From positions 30,001 through 62,000 of the forward strand of contig JBGQBI010000003.1 in the NCBI GenBank assembly GCA_041494705.1: 32,000 nucleotides of DNA, written 5' to 3'. Source of the DNA: Candidatus Methanoperedens sp. GTDB taxonomy: Archaea; Halobacteriota; Methanosarcinia; Methanosarcinales; Methanoperedenaceae. The notes beneath the pieces are model-generated. The model saw only the letters and a program-made list of their open reading frames with translations, was not told the origin of the DNA and searched no databases. Both the position numbers and the translations under genes were made by a program. Positions 17,359 to 24,271 of the stretch are shown piece by piece (position 1 is the first letter of the stretch; each line of letters begins with the position of its first letter).

Positions 17359-17395
17359 GGGGGATTGGTCATCCCCCCACACCTCAATTTTTTTT
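17359..17395 (+). terminator. Hairpin plus T8 tract after the RHH two-gene cassette
   Basis: The hairpin is GGGGGAT-tggtc-ATCCCCC (17359-17377), followed by TTTTTTTT at 17388-17395. Confidence 0.45.
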
Positions 17396-17433
17396 ACAAA
17401 AAGATTTTATGGATTAACCGGCTATTATGATTT

Positions 17434-17817
17434 ATGGCAACAATAGCGATATTGATAGGTTCTGAATCGGACAGGGGAATTGCAGAACGTTGTGCAAAAG
17501 TGCTGGAAACAGCCGCAGTTGATTATGAGATACGTGTCCTGTCGGCGCACAGGAATCCCGTGGAGCTTGAAGATTATATAAAAAAAAGTGATGCTAGGGT
17601 TTTCATAGCAATAGCGGGATTGGCTGCAGCCCTCCCCGGCGTAGTCGCCTCGCGGACAAAAAAGCCTGTCATCGGCGTACCTGTGAGTTCAAAGCTCGGA
17701 GGAATGGATGCCCTCTTATCCATAGTCCAGATGCCAAAGGGTGTGCCGGTTGCATGCGTGGGAATCGATAACGGTGAGAATGCTGCATACCTTGCCCTCC
17801 GGATACTGGGGATGTAA
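17434..17817 (+). CDS. purE: PurE-family protein (AIR carboxylase / N5-CAIR mutase fold), short form
   Basis: 127 aa with PurE motifs ([43 protein letters not shown]). It is shorter than typical PurE (about 160 aa), so the exact activity is uncertain. Confidence 0.8.
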   Translation: MATIAILIGSESDRGIAERCAKVLETAAVDYEIRVLSAHRNPVELEDYIKKSDARVFIAIAGLAAALPGVVASRTKKPVIGVPVSSKLGGMDALLSIVQMPKGVPVACVGIDNGENAAYLALRILGM

Positions 17818-17820
17818 AGT

Positions 17821-17962
17821 GAACTCATAAATTGAGACTGTGAACTGAACCCATAAGTTTAAACAATGAACCCATAAGCTTAAACTGAAGTAAGCATAGG
17901 TGATGTGAACTGAACCCCTAAGTTGATTCTGCGTGATGGGCTTATACCCATAAGTTTTGATT
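17821..17962. repeat. Cluster of about 5 degenerate direct repeats with core GAACCCATAAGYTT
   Basis: The copies are gaactcataaattgag (17821), gaacccataagtttaaac (17847), gaacccataagcttaaac (17868), gaacccctaagttgattc (17912) and tatacccataagttttgatt (about 17944). The longer unit tgtgaactgaaccc occurs twice (17840 and 17904). Embedded 8-bp palindromes are GTTTAAAC and TAAGCTTA. Confidence 0.5.
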
Positions 17963-17983
17963 GGTGACCTTTTTATAGACCTG

Positions 17984-18441
17984 CTATCTAAATACATTTA
18001 TATATTTATACAGACAATTGTCCCAAATGCTTTTCTGGCTTATAAGGTGCTCTTTGCATTTTGCAACACTATCTAAATCTTTATGATCCACTTTGATTGT
18101 TCTTGTTGCTGCAACATCAAATGGAATGGATTCTCCTGTCTGAATAATTTGAACAACAGGCTTTCCGATAACATGCCTAAATGCGAGTTCATAAAAAACA
18201 TTGGGGTTTGTTCCAGTTAGATCAGCAATTACTAATGGATATCAATTAGGTGTTGGATTATTTGGGATGTGATTATACCAGGCTCAGAAATTTTATCCGC
18301 ACGAATTGCTTCATAGCCGCACTCTTTCACAGCAGGCGCGATAATATAGTTTAATACCTGGTCAGATTGACGACGTTTCTCAGTACCTTCATCGCCAATT
18401 GGACCTATTACAAAACATATTTTGTTATCTCCTTGAGACAT
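17984..18441 (-). pseudogene. Frameshifted nucleoside 2-deoxyribosyltransferase-like (Rossmann-like, DrHyd/TIR-related) gene
   Basis: Frame A (track ORF 18232..18477) reads MSQGDNKICFVIGPIGDEGTEKRRQSDQVLNYIIAPAVKECGYEAIRADKISEPGIITSQIIQHLIDIH*. The family pattern continues in another frame from 18238: PLVIADLTGTNPNVFYELAFRHVIGKPVVQIIQTGESIPFDVAATRTIKVD..., ending at the stop at 17984-17986. The junction at about 18238-18241 (GATAT/CCATTAGTA) is consistent with a 1-nt indel. Confidence 0.55.
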
Positions 18442-18448
18442 TGCAAAG

Positions 18449-18673
18449 CTACTTAATTTCACATAAAATATTTCCACTGGTTTCTATACATATATCGTAT
18501 TTGTATGGAGTATAAGATGCGCTTATTTTTGGCTCTCGATTAATTATATAGGATTCTGTATTTTTCTCCAAGCGAAATTTTTCGAGATAACCTCCAGAAA
18601 TCAAATATCCATTTATAGCCGGGATATTGGAAATCATGCTCCCACTTATATAGATACCATATATGTATGGCAT
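18449..18673 (-). CDS. Hypothetical 74-aa ORF directly upstream of the frameshifted gene
   Basis: This is a track ORF only. Its stop is 7 nt before the MSQ start at 18441. I recognise no motif, and it could be a remnant of a degraded partner gene. Confidence 0.2.
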   Translation of the reverse strand: MPYIYGIYISGSMISNIPAINGYLISGGYLEKFRLEKNTESYIINREPKISASYTPYKYDICIETSGNILCEIK

Positions 18674-18752
18674 AAAATCTAAACGATAAACGGATGATGT
18701 AGATGTCTAATCTACAAGATGGTATCTGTAAGAAAAATGAACTAAAAAAGAG

Positions 18753-19394
18753 ATGGTTTTGCCAGGTATTTCAATACAGGCATTTCAATCGATTTTGAAA
18801 AAAGGAGTGATTAAGTTGAAGGAGCCGATTGAGAGGGTAACTATAGCCCCTTGCATGGGTATAGGCCAGACAGTAGCAGGAGTGACCCGGTTGGCAGCAT
18901 ACATCGTAAATGAAGAGCTGCTTCCAGACCAGACAATATTACTTTGTGTACCGGCGCTCATCGCGGGAGTTATCGAAGATATCGATATGGCAGAGGTATA
19001 CCCGACAATCGTTATAGATGGTTGCAGTGAAAAATGTGGAAGCCAGATATGTCATTTTTGCGGGATAAAGCCCGCTGCAAGGATATACGTACCGGAGATA
19101 ATACATGAAACCAGACTAAGCCCGGGACATACAAGACAGGAACTTGAAGAATCAGGCAAAAAGCTGGCACGCGTCGTAGCTGAAAGAGTGGCGATTATTG
19201 CAAAAGGCATACTTAATGACCCTGATTACGACTTCAAGGTACAGAAGATAAATACGCACGGTCATACTCATGACCCTGAAATCGAAAAGACTCTTGAATA
19301 TGGATGCTACGACGGGTTTTACAAGCCAAAAAGCATGCCTGAAATTAACCTAAAAGAGGGGGATAAGTGTGTTGCAAAAGTGTTGTGTCGCTGA
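18753..19394 (+). CDS. DGC-domain putative zinc-binding protein with a His/Cys-rich C-terminal extension
   Basis: The conserved Cys pattern and the name-giving motif are present (TIAPCMGIG, LLCVPAL, VIDGCSEKCGSQIC). The tail contains THGHTHD and several Cys. A better start may be the in-frame TTG at 18816, preceded by GGAG (18804-18807). Confidence 0.7.
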   Translation: MVLPGISIQAFQSILKKGVIKLKEPIERVTIAPCMGIGQTVAGVTRLAAYIVNEELLPDQTILLCVPALIAGVIEDIDMAEVYPTIVIDGCSEKCGSQICHFCGIKPAARIYVPEIIHETRLSPGHTRQELEESGKKLARVVAERVAIIAKGILNDPDYDFKVQKINTHGHTHDPEIEKTLEYGCYDGFYKPKSMPEINLKEGDKCVAKVLCR

Positions 19395-20061
19395 GTTTAT
19401 CGGGACATTTGTGCTGGTGTTCGCCGGGACCGGCGCCATAATTATCAATGCCTTGACCGGAGAAATAACCAGCATGGGCATTGCATTGACGTTCGGGTTC
19501 ACAGTTGCAATCCTGATTTATTGCTTGGGGAATGTTTCGGGCGCGCATTTGAATCCTGCAGTAACCGTTGCACTGACCCTGACAGGAAAACTCGAACCTA
19601 AAAAGACGCTGCCTTATATTGCATCCCAGTTTTTCGGAAGCATACTGGCGTCGCTAACATTGCTTTTTCTTTTCGGAAACGTCAGCAATCTTGGGGCGAC
19701 CCAGCCCAGATATGGCTGGCAGCAGTCCTTTGTACTGGAATTCATTTTATCTTTCATACTGATGTTCGTAATAATGGCTGTAATCATGCACAAGCACGGC
19801 ATCGGTATGTCTGCGGCGGCTATAGGGGCTGCTGTAGGACTGGATGCAATGTTCGGCGGACCGATTAGCGGTGCATCGATGAACCCGGCAAGGTCTCTTG
19901 GACCGGCTCTTGTTTCCGCAACATTCCAAAACCAATGGATTTATCTAATTGCTCCTCTGGGAGGCGCGATATTTGCGGCATTCCTGTACAAATTACTTTT
20001 AAAAGAACACGATATTGGATTATCTATTGAAGAAGCGGTTTCTTCAGAAGGGATGCCCTGA
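19369..20061 (+). CDS. MIP-family channel, NIP/AqpN-like
   Basis: 230 aa with six TM segments and two NPA boxes (SGAHLNPAVTVAL and GASMNPARSLGPALV). It overlaps the DGC gene, and its stop overlaps the next start (TGATG at 20059-20063). Confidence 0.9.
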   Translation: MLQKCCVAEFIGTFVLVFAGTGAIIINALTGEITSMGIALTFGFTVAILIYCLGNVSGAHLNPAVTVALTLTGKLEPKKTLPYIASQFFGSILASLTLLFLFGNVSNLGATQPRYGWQQSFVLEFILSFILMFVIMAVIMHKHGIGMSAAAIGAAVGLDAMFGGPISGASMNPARSLGPALVSATFQNQWIYLIAPLGGAIFAAFLYKLLLKEHDIGLSIEEAVSSEGMP

Positions 20062-21374
20062 TGACAGACGCAAAAAATATGGAGACAGGTCTTATAGTCT
20101 GTCAATGTAATGATAACAGTTACGTAAAGGATTTTGACCTAAATCAAGTTATAACCTTTGTCCAGGACAACCTGGAAGTTTCTTTTATAGGTATGCACCC
20201 GAGTTTATGCAGTCGTAAAATCGGCATAAACTACCTCAGCAGGCTCCTGGACAGGGACATTGAAAAACTTGTCGTATTGGCTTGTCATCCAAAAGCACAG
20301 AGATGGCTTTTTGAAGAAATCCTGCATAAAAAAAACCTGAACGGAAATTTTATCCCGATAAACTTTCATGGAGCGACAACCGGGGAAGTCATCTCCCAGC
20401 TTGAAAAGGTATTTCCCAGGAAATCAGAAAAGATCAACGAATGGTTCCCGGTTATTAATTACGAACGATGCCTGGGTCTAAAAGCCTGCGGGGCATGTTA
20501 TGATTATTGCATCTATGGCGTCTTCGGGATAAAAGAGGACGATAACGATGGCGTGATAGTTAAAAATCCATATAAATGCAAAGATAAATGTCCGGCCTGT
20601 GCCCGTCTGTGCCCTGTCCGTGCGATTATTTTCCCAAAGTCCTCCGACGGCTGGATAGCCGGTAAAGAGATACAAAATGCAGAAAAAACCGGACAAAACG
20701 CCCGGGAGATCACGCTTGAACAGGGAAGCACACCGCAAGTTGCAGATGCAGTTAAGAACGCAGGGACTATTTCATTTGATAAAGACATACCCGATGAATC
20801 GACCCGTATGTTTATCAGGGAGAAAGCACCTGATGCGGCAGAGCAATTAGGCGAAAAAGATGTGGAAAAATTCGCTATCGAACTTCTTAACCAGTGGGGT
20901 ATTAAAGAGGATTATCTGCGCTTTACAGTCGTTGAATTAAAAAATGAATCTCTAAAGCGGAAGTTCACAGAGACCCCTTATGAGCGCCGTGTAATAATAA
21001 TACCGCATTGTCTTCGCGATCAAATGCATTGTAAAGGAAAATATGAAGACGTGGGCGGGGGAGTAAAACTCATATGCGCAGAATGTGGTAGCAAGGAATG
21101 TAACATATTCCCGTTAAAAAAGGCGTCAGAGAAGTTAGGATATACCGTATTCGTAGCAGAAGGTTCAACTGTTGTCCTTAAATTGCTAACTGAAAAAAAG
21201 AAAGGAATAGCTTTCCTCGGTATCGGGTGTTTGGATTCGCTTTACAAATCAATACCAAAACTTGATGCATTCGGAATTAGCGCAAGAGGCGTCCCACTCC
21301 TAAAGTCCGGATGTAAAAATACCGTCGTTGAACTTGACAGGGCTTTAGAATCCATATTTCTTGAACCAAAATAA
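20061..21374 (+). CDS. Three-part fusion: HdrA/MvhD(FlpD)-like Cys-containing domain, 2x[4Fe-4S]-like ferredoxin, and DUF116
   Basis: 437 aa. The N-terminal part (GLIVCQCNDNSYVKDFDLNQV...SLCSRKIG...KLVVLACHPKAQRWLFEE) resembles the HdrA/MvhD-type segment. The middle part carries two Cys clusters (CLGLKACGACYDYC and CKDKCPACARLCP). The C-terminal part matches DUF116 as I remember it (RRVIIIPHCLRDQMHC, ICAECGSKEC, GYTVFVAEGST, AFLGIGCLDSL, GVPLLKSGCKNT). Confidence 0.65.
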   Translation: MTDAKNMETGLIVCQCNDNSYVKDFDLNQVITFVQDNLEVSFIGMHPSLCSRKIGINYLSRLLDRDIEKLVVLACHPKAQRWLFEEILHKKNLNGNFIPINFHGATTGEVISQLEKVFPRKSEKINEWFPVINYERCLGLKACGACYDYCIYGVFGIKEDDNDGVIVKNPYKCKDKCPACARLCPVRAIIFPKSSDGWIAGKEIQNAEKTGQNAREITLEQGSTPQVADAVKNAGTISFDKDIPDESTRMFIREKAPDAAEQLGEKDVEKFAIELLNQWGIKEDYLRFTVVELKNESLKRKFTETPYERRVIIIPHCLRDQMHCKGKYEDVGGGVKLICAECGSKECNIFPLKKASEKLGYTVFVAEGSTVVLKLLTEKKKGIAFLGIGCLDSLYKSIPKLDAFGISARGVPLLKSGCKNTVVELDRALESIFLEPK

Positions 21375-21382
21375 CCAGGCGG

Positions 21383-21832
21383 ATGCGTATGGAAGATAAA
21401 CAAATTTATGAATTCGGAAGAGACAAAGTTAAGGTGCCGGAATGGCTCAGATATACAACGTCCCATTTATGGGGGATTGAAAATGATGCAGTCCTTACGA
21501 TAGGGGTCTCTGATTTTTTCCTCAAGCTTGTTAAAGAAATTTATTTTATATCATATGATGTTGAGGTAGGCGATACCGTAAACAGAGGGGATTCATTCGG
21601 TTCTGTCGAAGGCAGCAAATCTGTAATGTATGTTAAATCTCCGGCGGAAGGAAGCGTTATAGAAATTAACGAAGAACTTTATGATGATCCGACTCCCCTC
21701 AATAAAAACCCCTATGGAGATGACGGGTGGCTGGTAAAAATCAAACAATCGGTTCCAGCCAATTTATTTGGCCCGAAAAGGTACATGCAGGTGCTTCAGG
21801 TAGCTGTTGATGAAATGGAGAAAAAACATTAA
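21383..21832 (+). CDS. GcvH-like lipoyl-carrier protein (orphan; no gcvT/gcvP nearby)
   Basis: 149 aa with GcvH-like blocks (LRYTTSHLWGIENDAVLTIGVSDF, GDSFGSVEGSKSVMYVKSPAEGSVIEINEEL, NPYGDDGWLVKIK). The lipoyl-Lys equivalent of the ESVKA motif is retained as EGSKS (Lys79, codon 21617-21619). Confidence 0.8.
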   Translation: MRMEDKQIYEFGRDKVKVPEWLRYTTSHLWGIENDAVLTIGVSDFFLKLVKEIYFISYDVEVGDTVNRGDSFGSVEGSKSVMYVKSPAEGSVIEINEELYDDPTPLNKNPYGDDGWLVKIKQSVPANLFGPKRYMQVLQVAVDEMEKKH

Positions 21833-21850
21833 TAAGAGAGTGATTGCAAA

Positions 21851-23032
21851 ATGTCAAAAGAAAAAATAATAGAACTTAACCGAACAGTTTTCAGAAAAAC
21901 CAAGAAATACCAGGCAGCTTTATTTCTTATACTGGGATTATTTACTGTAATAGCTGTTGGCATCACGGCAGCTTCGGCTGCACAAATGCCATTGAAAACG
22001 GCTTCACACATTGAAAGTGATAAAGCCCTTCATGGCTCCGGTATTTCCCAGGATAAAATAGATACAAGCATAGACAAAGCATTATCATTTTTAAAGGAAC
22101 ACCAATTACCTTCAGGTGAATTTCCAATGAACGGGTCACTGAGCCCGGAAATGACTAACAGTGCGTATGAATTGGAGGTTTTTGGCTCTACATTCGTGCT
22201 GCATGCGCTCGGTCTTGTAAAACCTGATCATGCTGTCAATGAAATGAAGAATAAAACCGGAGCGTTCCTACTTGCAAATAAAGAAGATCCTGGAGTATGG
22301 AGATACTGGGGGAAAAACTCCAACATCCCACCGGACATGGACGATACATCTACAATAGTTGCCTCCTTAAAAGAAAACGGGATACCTGTTGAAGAGAGCG
22401 GCTTGGATTATGCGTTTAACTATAGAGCTCCCGATGGAGTATTCTATACGTTTATGAATGAAGAAAAATGGATGAACATTTCGGACATATATTATCCATA
22501 TTATAAAATGAACGACATAGACCCGGCAGTCAATGCAAATATGGCATATGCCCTCTCTCTAATTCGTAAACCCGTGCCTGAAGTGAGTGTTTTCCTGAAT
22601 GGTTACATAGAGAACAAATCTTTCACGGAGCGCACTATATATTATCATATTCCATATTCGCAGCTCTATATGTTTACACGGGCATATGCTGACGGACATG
22701 TGAGCGACTTAAAACCGTCAATGCCTGTGGTAAGAAAATATCTTTTGAGCATGCAGAAAGAGGACGGAAGCTGGGGAAATGAACTTAACACAAGCCTGGC
22801 TGCTATCTCGTTAATGAATACGGGGTATAAAGGTAAAGCGTTAGACAAAGCCATCAACCACATATTAAAGACCCAGAGGGATGATGGTAGCTGGCCTGAG
22901 CGATCGTTTTTCGTCGGGATTATGACATACTGGGGTTCCGAAGAGGTCTCTACGGCGTTCTCAATCGAAGCATTAAGCAAATATAATAAACTGACCGATG
23001 AAAACAAAGAATCGGATGGAGTGAATAGATGA
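21851..23032 (+). CDS. Secreted or membrane-anchored alpha/alpha-toroid protein resembling the catalytic region of class II terpene cyclases (squalene-hopene cyclase-like)
   Basis: 393 aa. The N-terminal TM or signal segment is AALFLILGLFTVIAVGITAASAAQ. The motif IPPDMDDTSTIVASL (DMDDT at 22334-22348) resembles the SHC YPDVDDTAVV acid motif. Three QW-like repeats are present (FLKEHQLPSGEF, YLLSMQKEDGSWG, ILKTQRDDGSWP). Confidence 0.65.
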   Translation: MSKEKIIELNRTVFRKTKKYQAALFLILGLFTVIAVGITAASAAQMPLKTASHIESDKALHGSGISQDKIDTSIDKALSFLKEHQLPSGEFPMNGSLSPEMTNSAYELEVFGSTFVLHALGLVKPDHAVNEMKNKTGAFLLANKEDPGVWRYWGKNSNIPPDMDDTSTIVASLKENGIPVEESGLDYAFNYRAPDGVFYTFMNEEKWMNISDIYYPYYKMNDIDPAVNANMAYALSLIRKPVPEVSVFLNGYIENKSFTERTIYYHIPYSQLYMFTRAYADGHVSDLKPSMPVVRKYLLSMQKEDGSWGNELNTSLAAISLMNTGYKGKALDKAINHILKTQRDDGSWPERSFFVGIMTYWGSEEVSTAFSIEALSKYNKLTDENKESDGVNR

Positions 23033-23931
23033 ATAATATTATAAAGGGTAAAAAGTTCCTTTTCTTTGGTGGAAAAGGGGGCGTTGGAAAGACCACAATG
23101 GCGTCTTCCACTGCGGTATGGCTGGCGGAACATGGTTATAACACGTTAATAGTAGCTACGGATCCTACGGTAAGTCTGTCTGCAATTTTCGAACAGGAAA
23201 TCGGAGAGACGGAGGTGACAAAAATCAGGGAAATTAAAAATCTGTGCGGGCTTAATATAAATCCTAAGAAAGCATCCGGTGTTTTCCAGGCAAGGTTGAA
23301 TGAGGTTGTGGAGCAAATCACAGGCATGTTCGGGAAGGACGTGATGAATACCCCCTGCGCTGAAGAGATGGCCGCTTTCGACCAGTTTGTAAAATACCTG
23401 AATGACGGCGAAAATGATGTCGTAGTATTTGATACGGCTCCGACAGGCCATACGCTCAGGGAACTGGCCATGCCTTTTGATTGGGCTAATTATATTTCAA
23501 ACCAGATTAAAAACAGGAACGAGCTAAGCAAAGCACTGGGTATCAAAGGAGATGGGAATGCAATAGAGACCCTCAAAACCGAACAGAAAAAATACGAAAA
23601 TGCAATAAAAACGTTAGCCAATACAGGGACTACTTTATTTACCCTGGTAATGCTTGCCGAAAATCTGCCTATCGAAGAGACAGCAAGGGCGATAGAGAAC
23701 TTAAGTCAGCTAAATATCAAAGTCCAGGCTTTAATAATAAACGAAATAATACCAAACGAAGTCCTGAAAGGAAACTGGTTTTTAGAGAGACGAAGGTCAA
23801 CGCAGGACAAATACCTGGGAATCATTGATAAAAGATTTAATGGCTTACCCAAAAAAGAGGTGCCTCTCTTTGAGACCGATATTACGGGCATCGAGAACAT
23901 GAGAAAAATCGGGAAAATACTTTATGGGTAA
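23029..23931 (+). CDS. arsA: ArsA/GET3-family anion-transporting ATPase, single-domain form
   Basis: 300 aa with a deviant Walker A (FFGGKGGVGKTT), the signature DTAPTGHTLR and the segment STDP-like IVATDP. It has an ATGA overlap with the upstream gene (23029-23032). Confidence 0.88.
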   Translation: MNNIIKGKKFLFFGGKGGVGKTTMASSTAVWLAEHGYNTLIVATDPTVSLSAIFEQEIGETEVTKIREIKNLCGLNINPKKASGVFQARLNEVVEQITGMFGKDVMNTPCAEEMAAFDQFVKYLNDGENDVVVFDTAPTGHTLRELAMPFDWANYISNQIKNRNELSKALGIKGDGNAIETLKTEQKKYENAIKTLANTGTTLFTLVMLAENLPIEETARAIENLSQLNIKVQALIINEIIPNEVLKGNWFLERRRSTQDKYLGIIDKRFNGLPKKEVPLFETDITGIENMRKIGKILYG

Positions 23932-24265
23932 TATTATGGAACACACGATAGTACTATTCCAGATACCCGGTTGCTGCGCAGCAACAAGATGGCTTGCAAA
24001 CAGGAATTATTCCAAGACGCTAAAAGATTTATGCAGGGAAGCAGGCGTTGTATTTAAGGAAGTCGATCCGCTAACCACCCAGGATATCCTGATAAAAATG
24101 ATGCAGGAGCAGCGGCCCGATATCTGGGAGAAAGTCGAGAAGCACGGGTTACCTGTGATAATAGAGTCATTTCCGGTCGTTGTTATGGACGGCAAGATCA
24201 TATCCTTGGGTGATATCAATGAGATAGAGTTGAAACAACAAGTACTCAGCGCTGTAAAAGGATGA
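23924..24265 (+). CDS. ArsD-like thioredoxin-fold protein (vicinal Cys pair)
   Basis: A start at 23936 would give MEHTIVLFQIPGCCAAT..., which parallels E. coli ArsD MKTLMVFDPAMCCSTGVC as I recall it. The later GLPVII...VVVMDGKIISLG parallels ArsD GLPLLLLDGETVMAG. The third ArsD Cys (C18) is not conserved. Confidence 0.55.
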   Translation: MGNIMEHTIVLFQIPGCCAATRWLANRNYSKTLKDLCREAGVVFKEVDPLTTQDILIKMMQEQRPDIWEKVEKHGLPVIIESFPVVVMDGKIISLGDINEIELKQQVLSAVKG

Positions 24266-24271
24266 ACAGGG

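Noticed and set aside
17821-17962. The possibility that the repeat cluster is a CRISPR array.
   Set aside because: The repeat cores are only about 14-18 bp, are degenerate and are irregularly spaced (21-44 bp). No cas genes are nearby. None of this is CRISPR-like.
18232-18234. The in-frame TAG in the deoxyribosyltransferase-like gene as a pyrrolysine or readthrough codon.
   Set aside because: The TAG is followed immediately by an in-frame TAA. The family-typical sequence continues in a different frame, so a frameshift (or sequencing indel) explains it and recoding does not.
21383-21832. Annotating the GcvH-like gene as the housekeeping glycine cleavage H protein.
   Set aside because: No gcvT, gcvP or lpd is in the window, and the gene is embedded in an unrelated operon. 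I kept it as GcvH-like only.
23029-23931. Interpreting the ArsA-family ATPase as an archaeal Get3/TRC40 tail-anchored-protein targeting factor.
   Set aside because: This is not excluded. However, the gene overlaps an ArsD-like gene and shares an operon with a NIP-like channel and a DGC protein. It also has a Cys in the ArsA C113-like position rather than the Get3-type sequence. The ArsA-type reading is therefore favoured, pending phylogeny.
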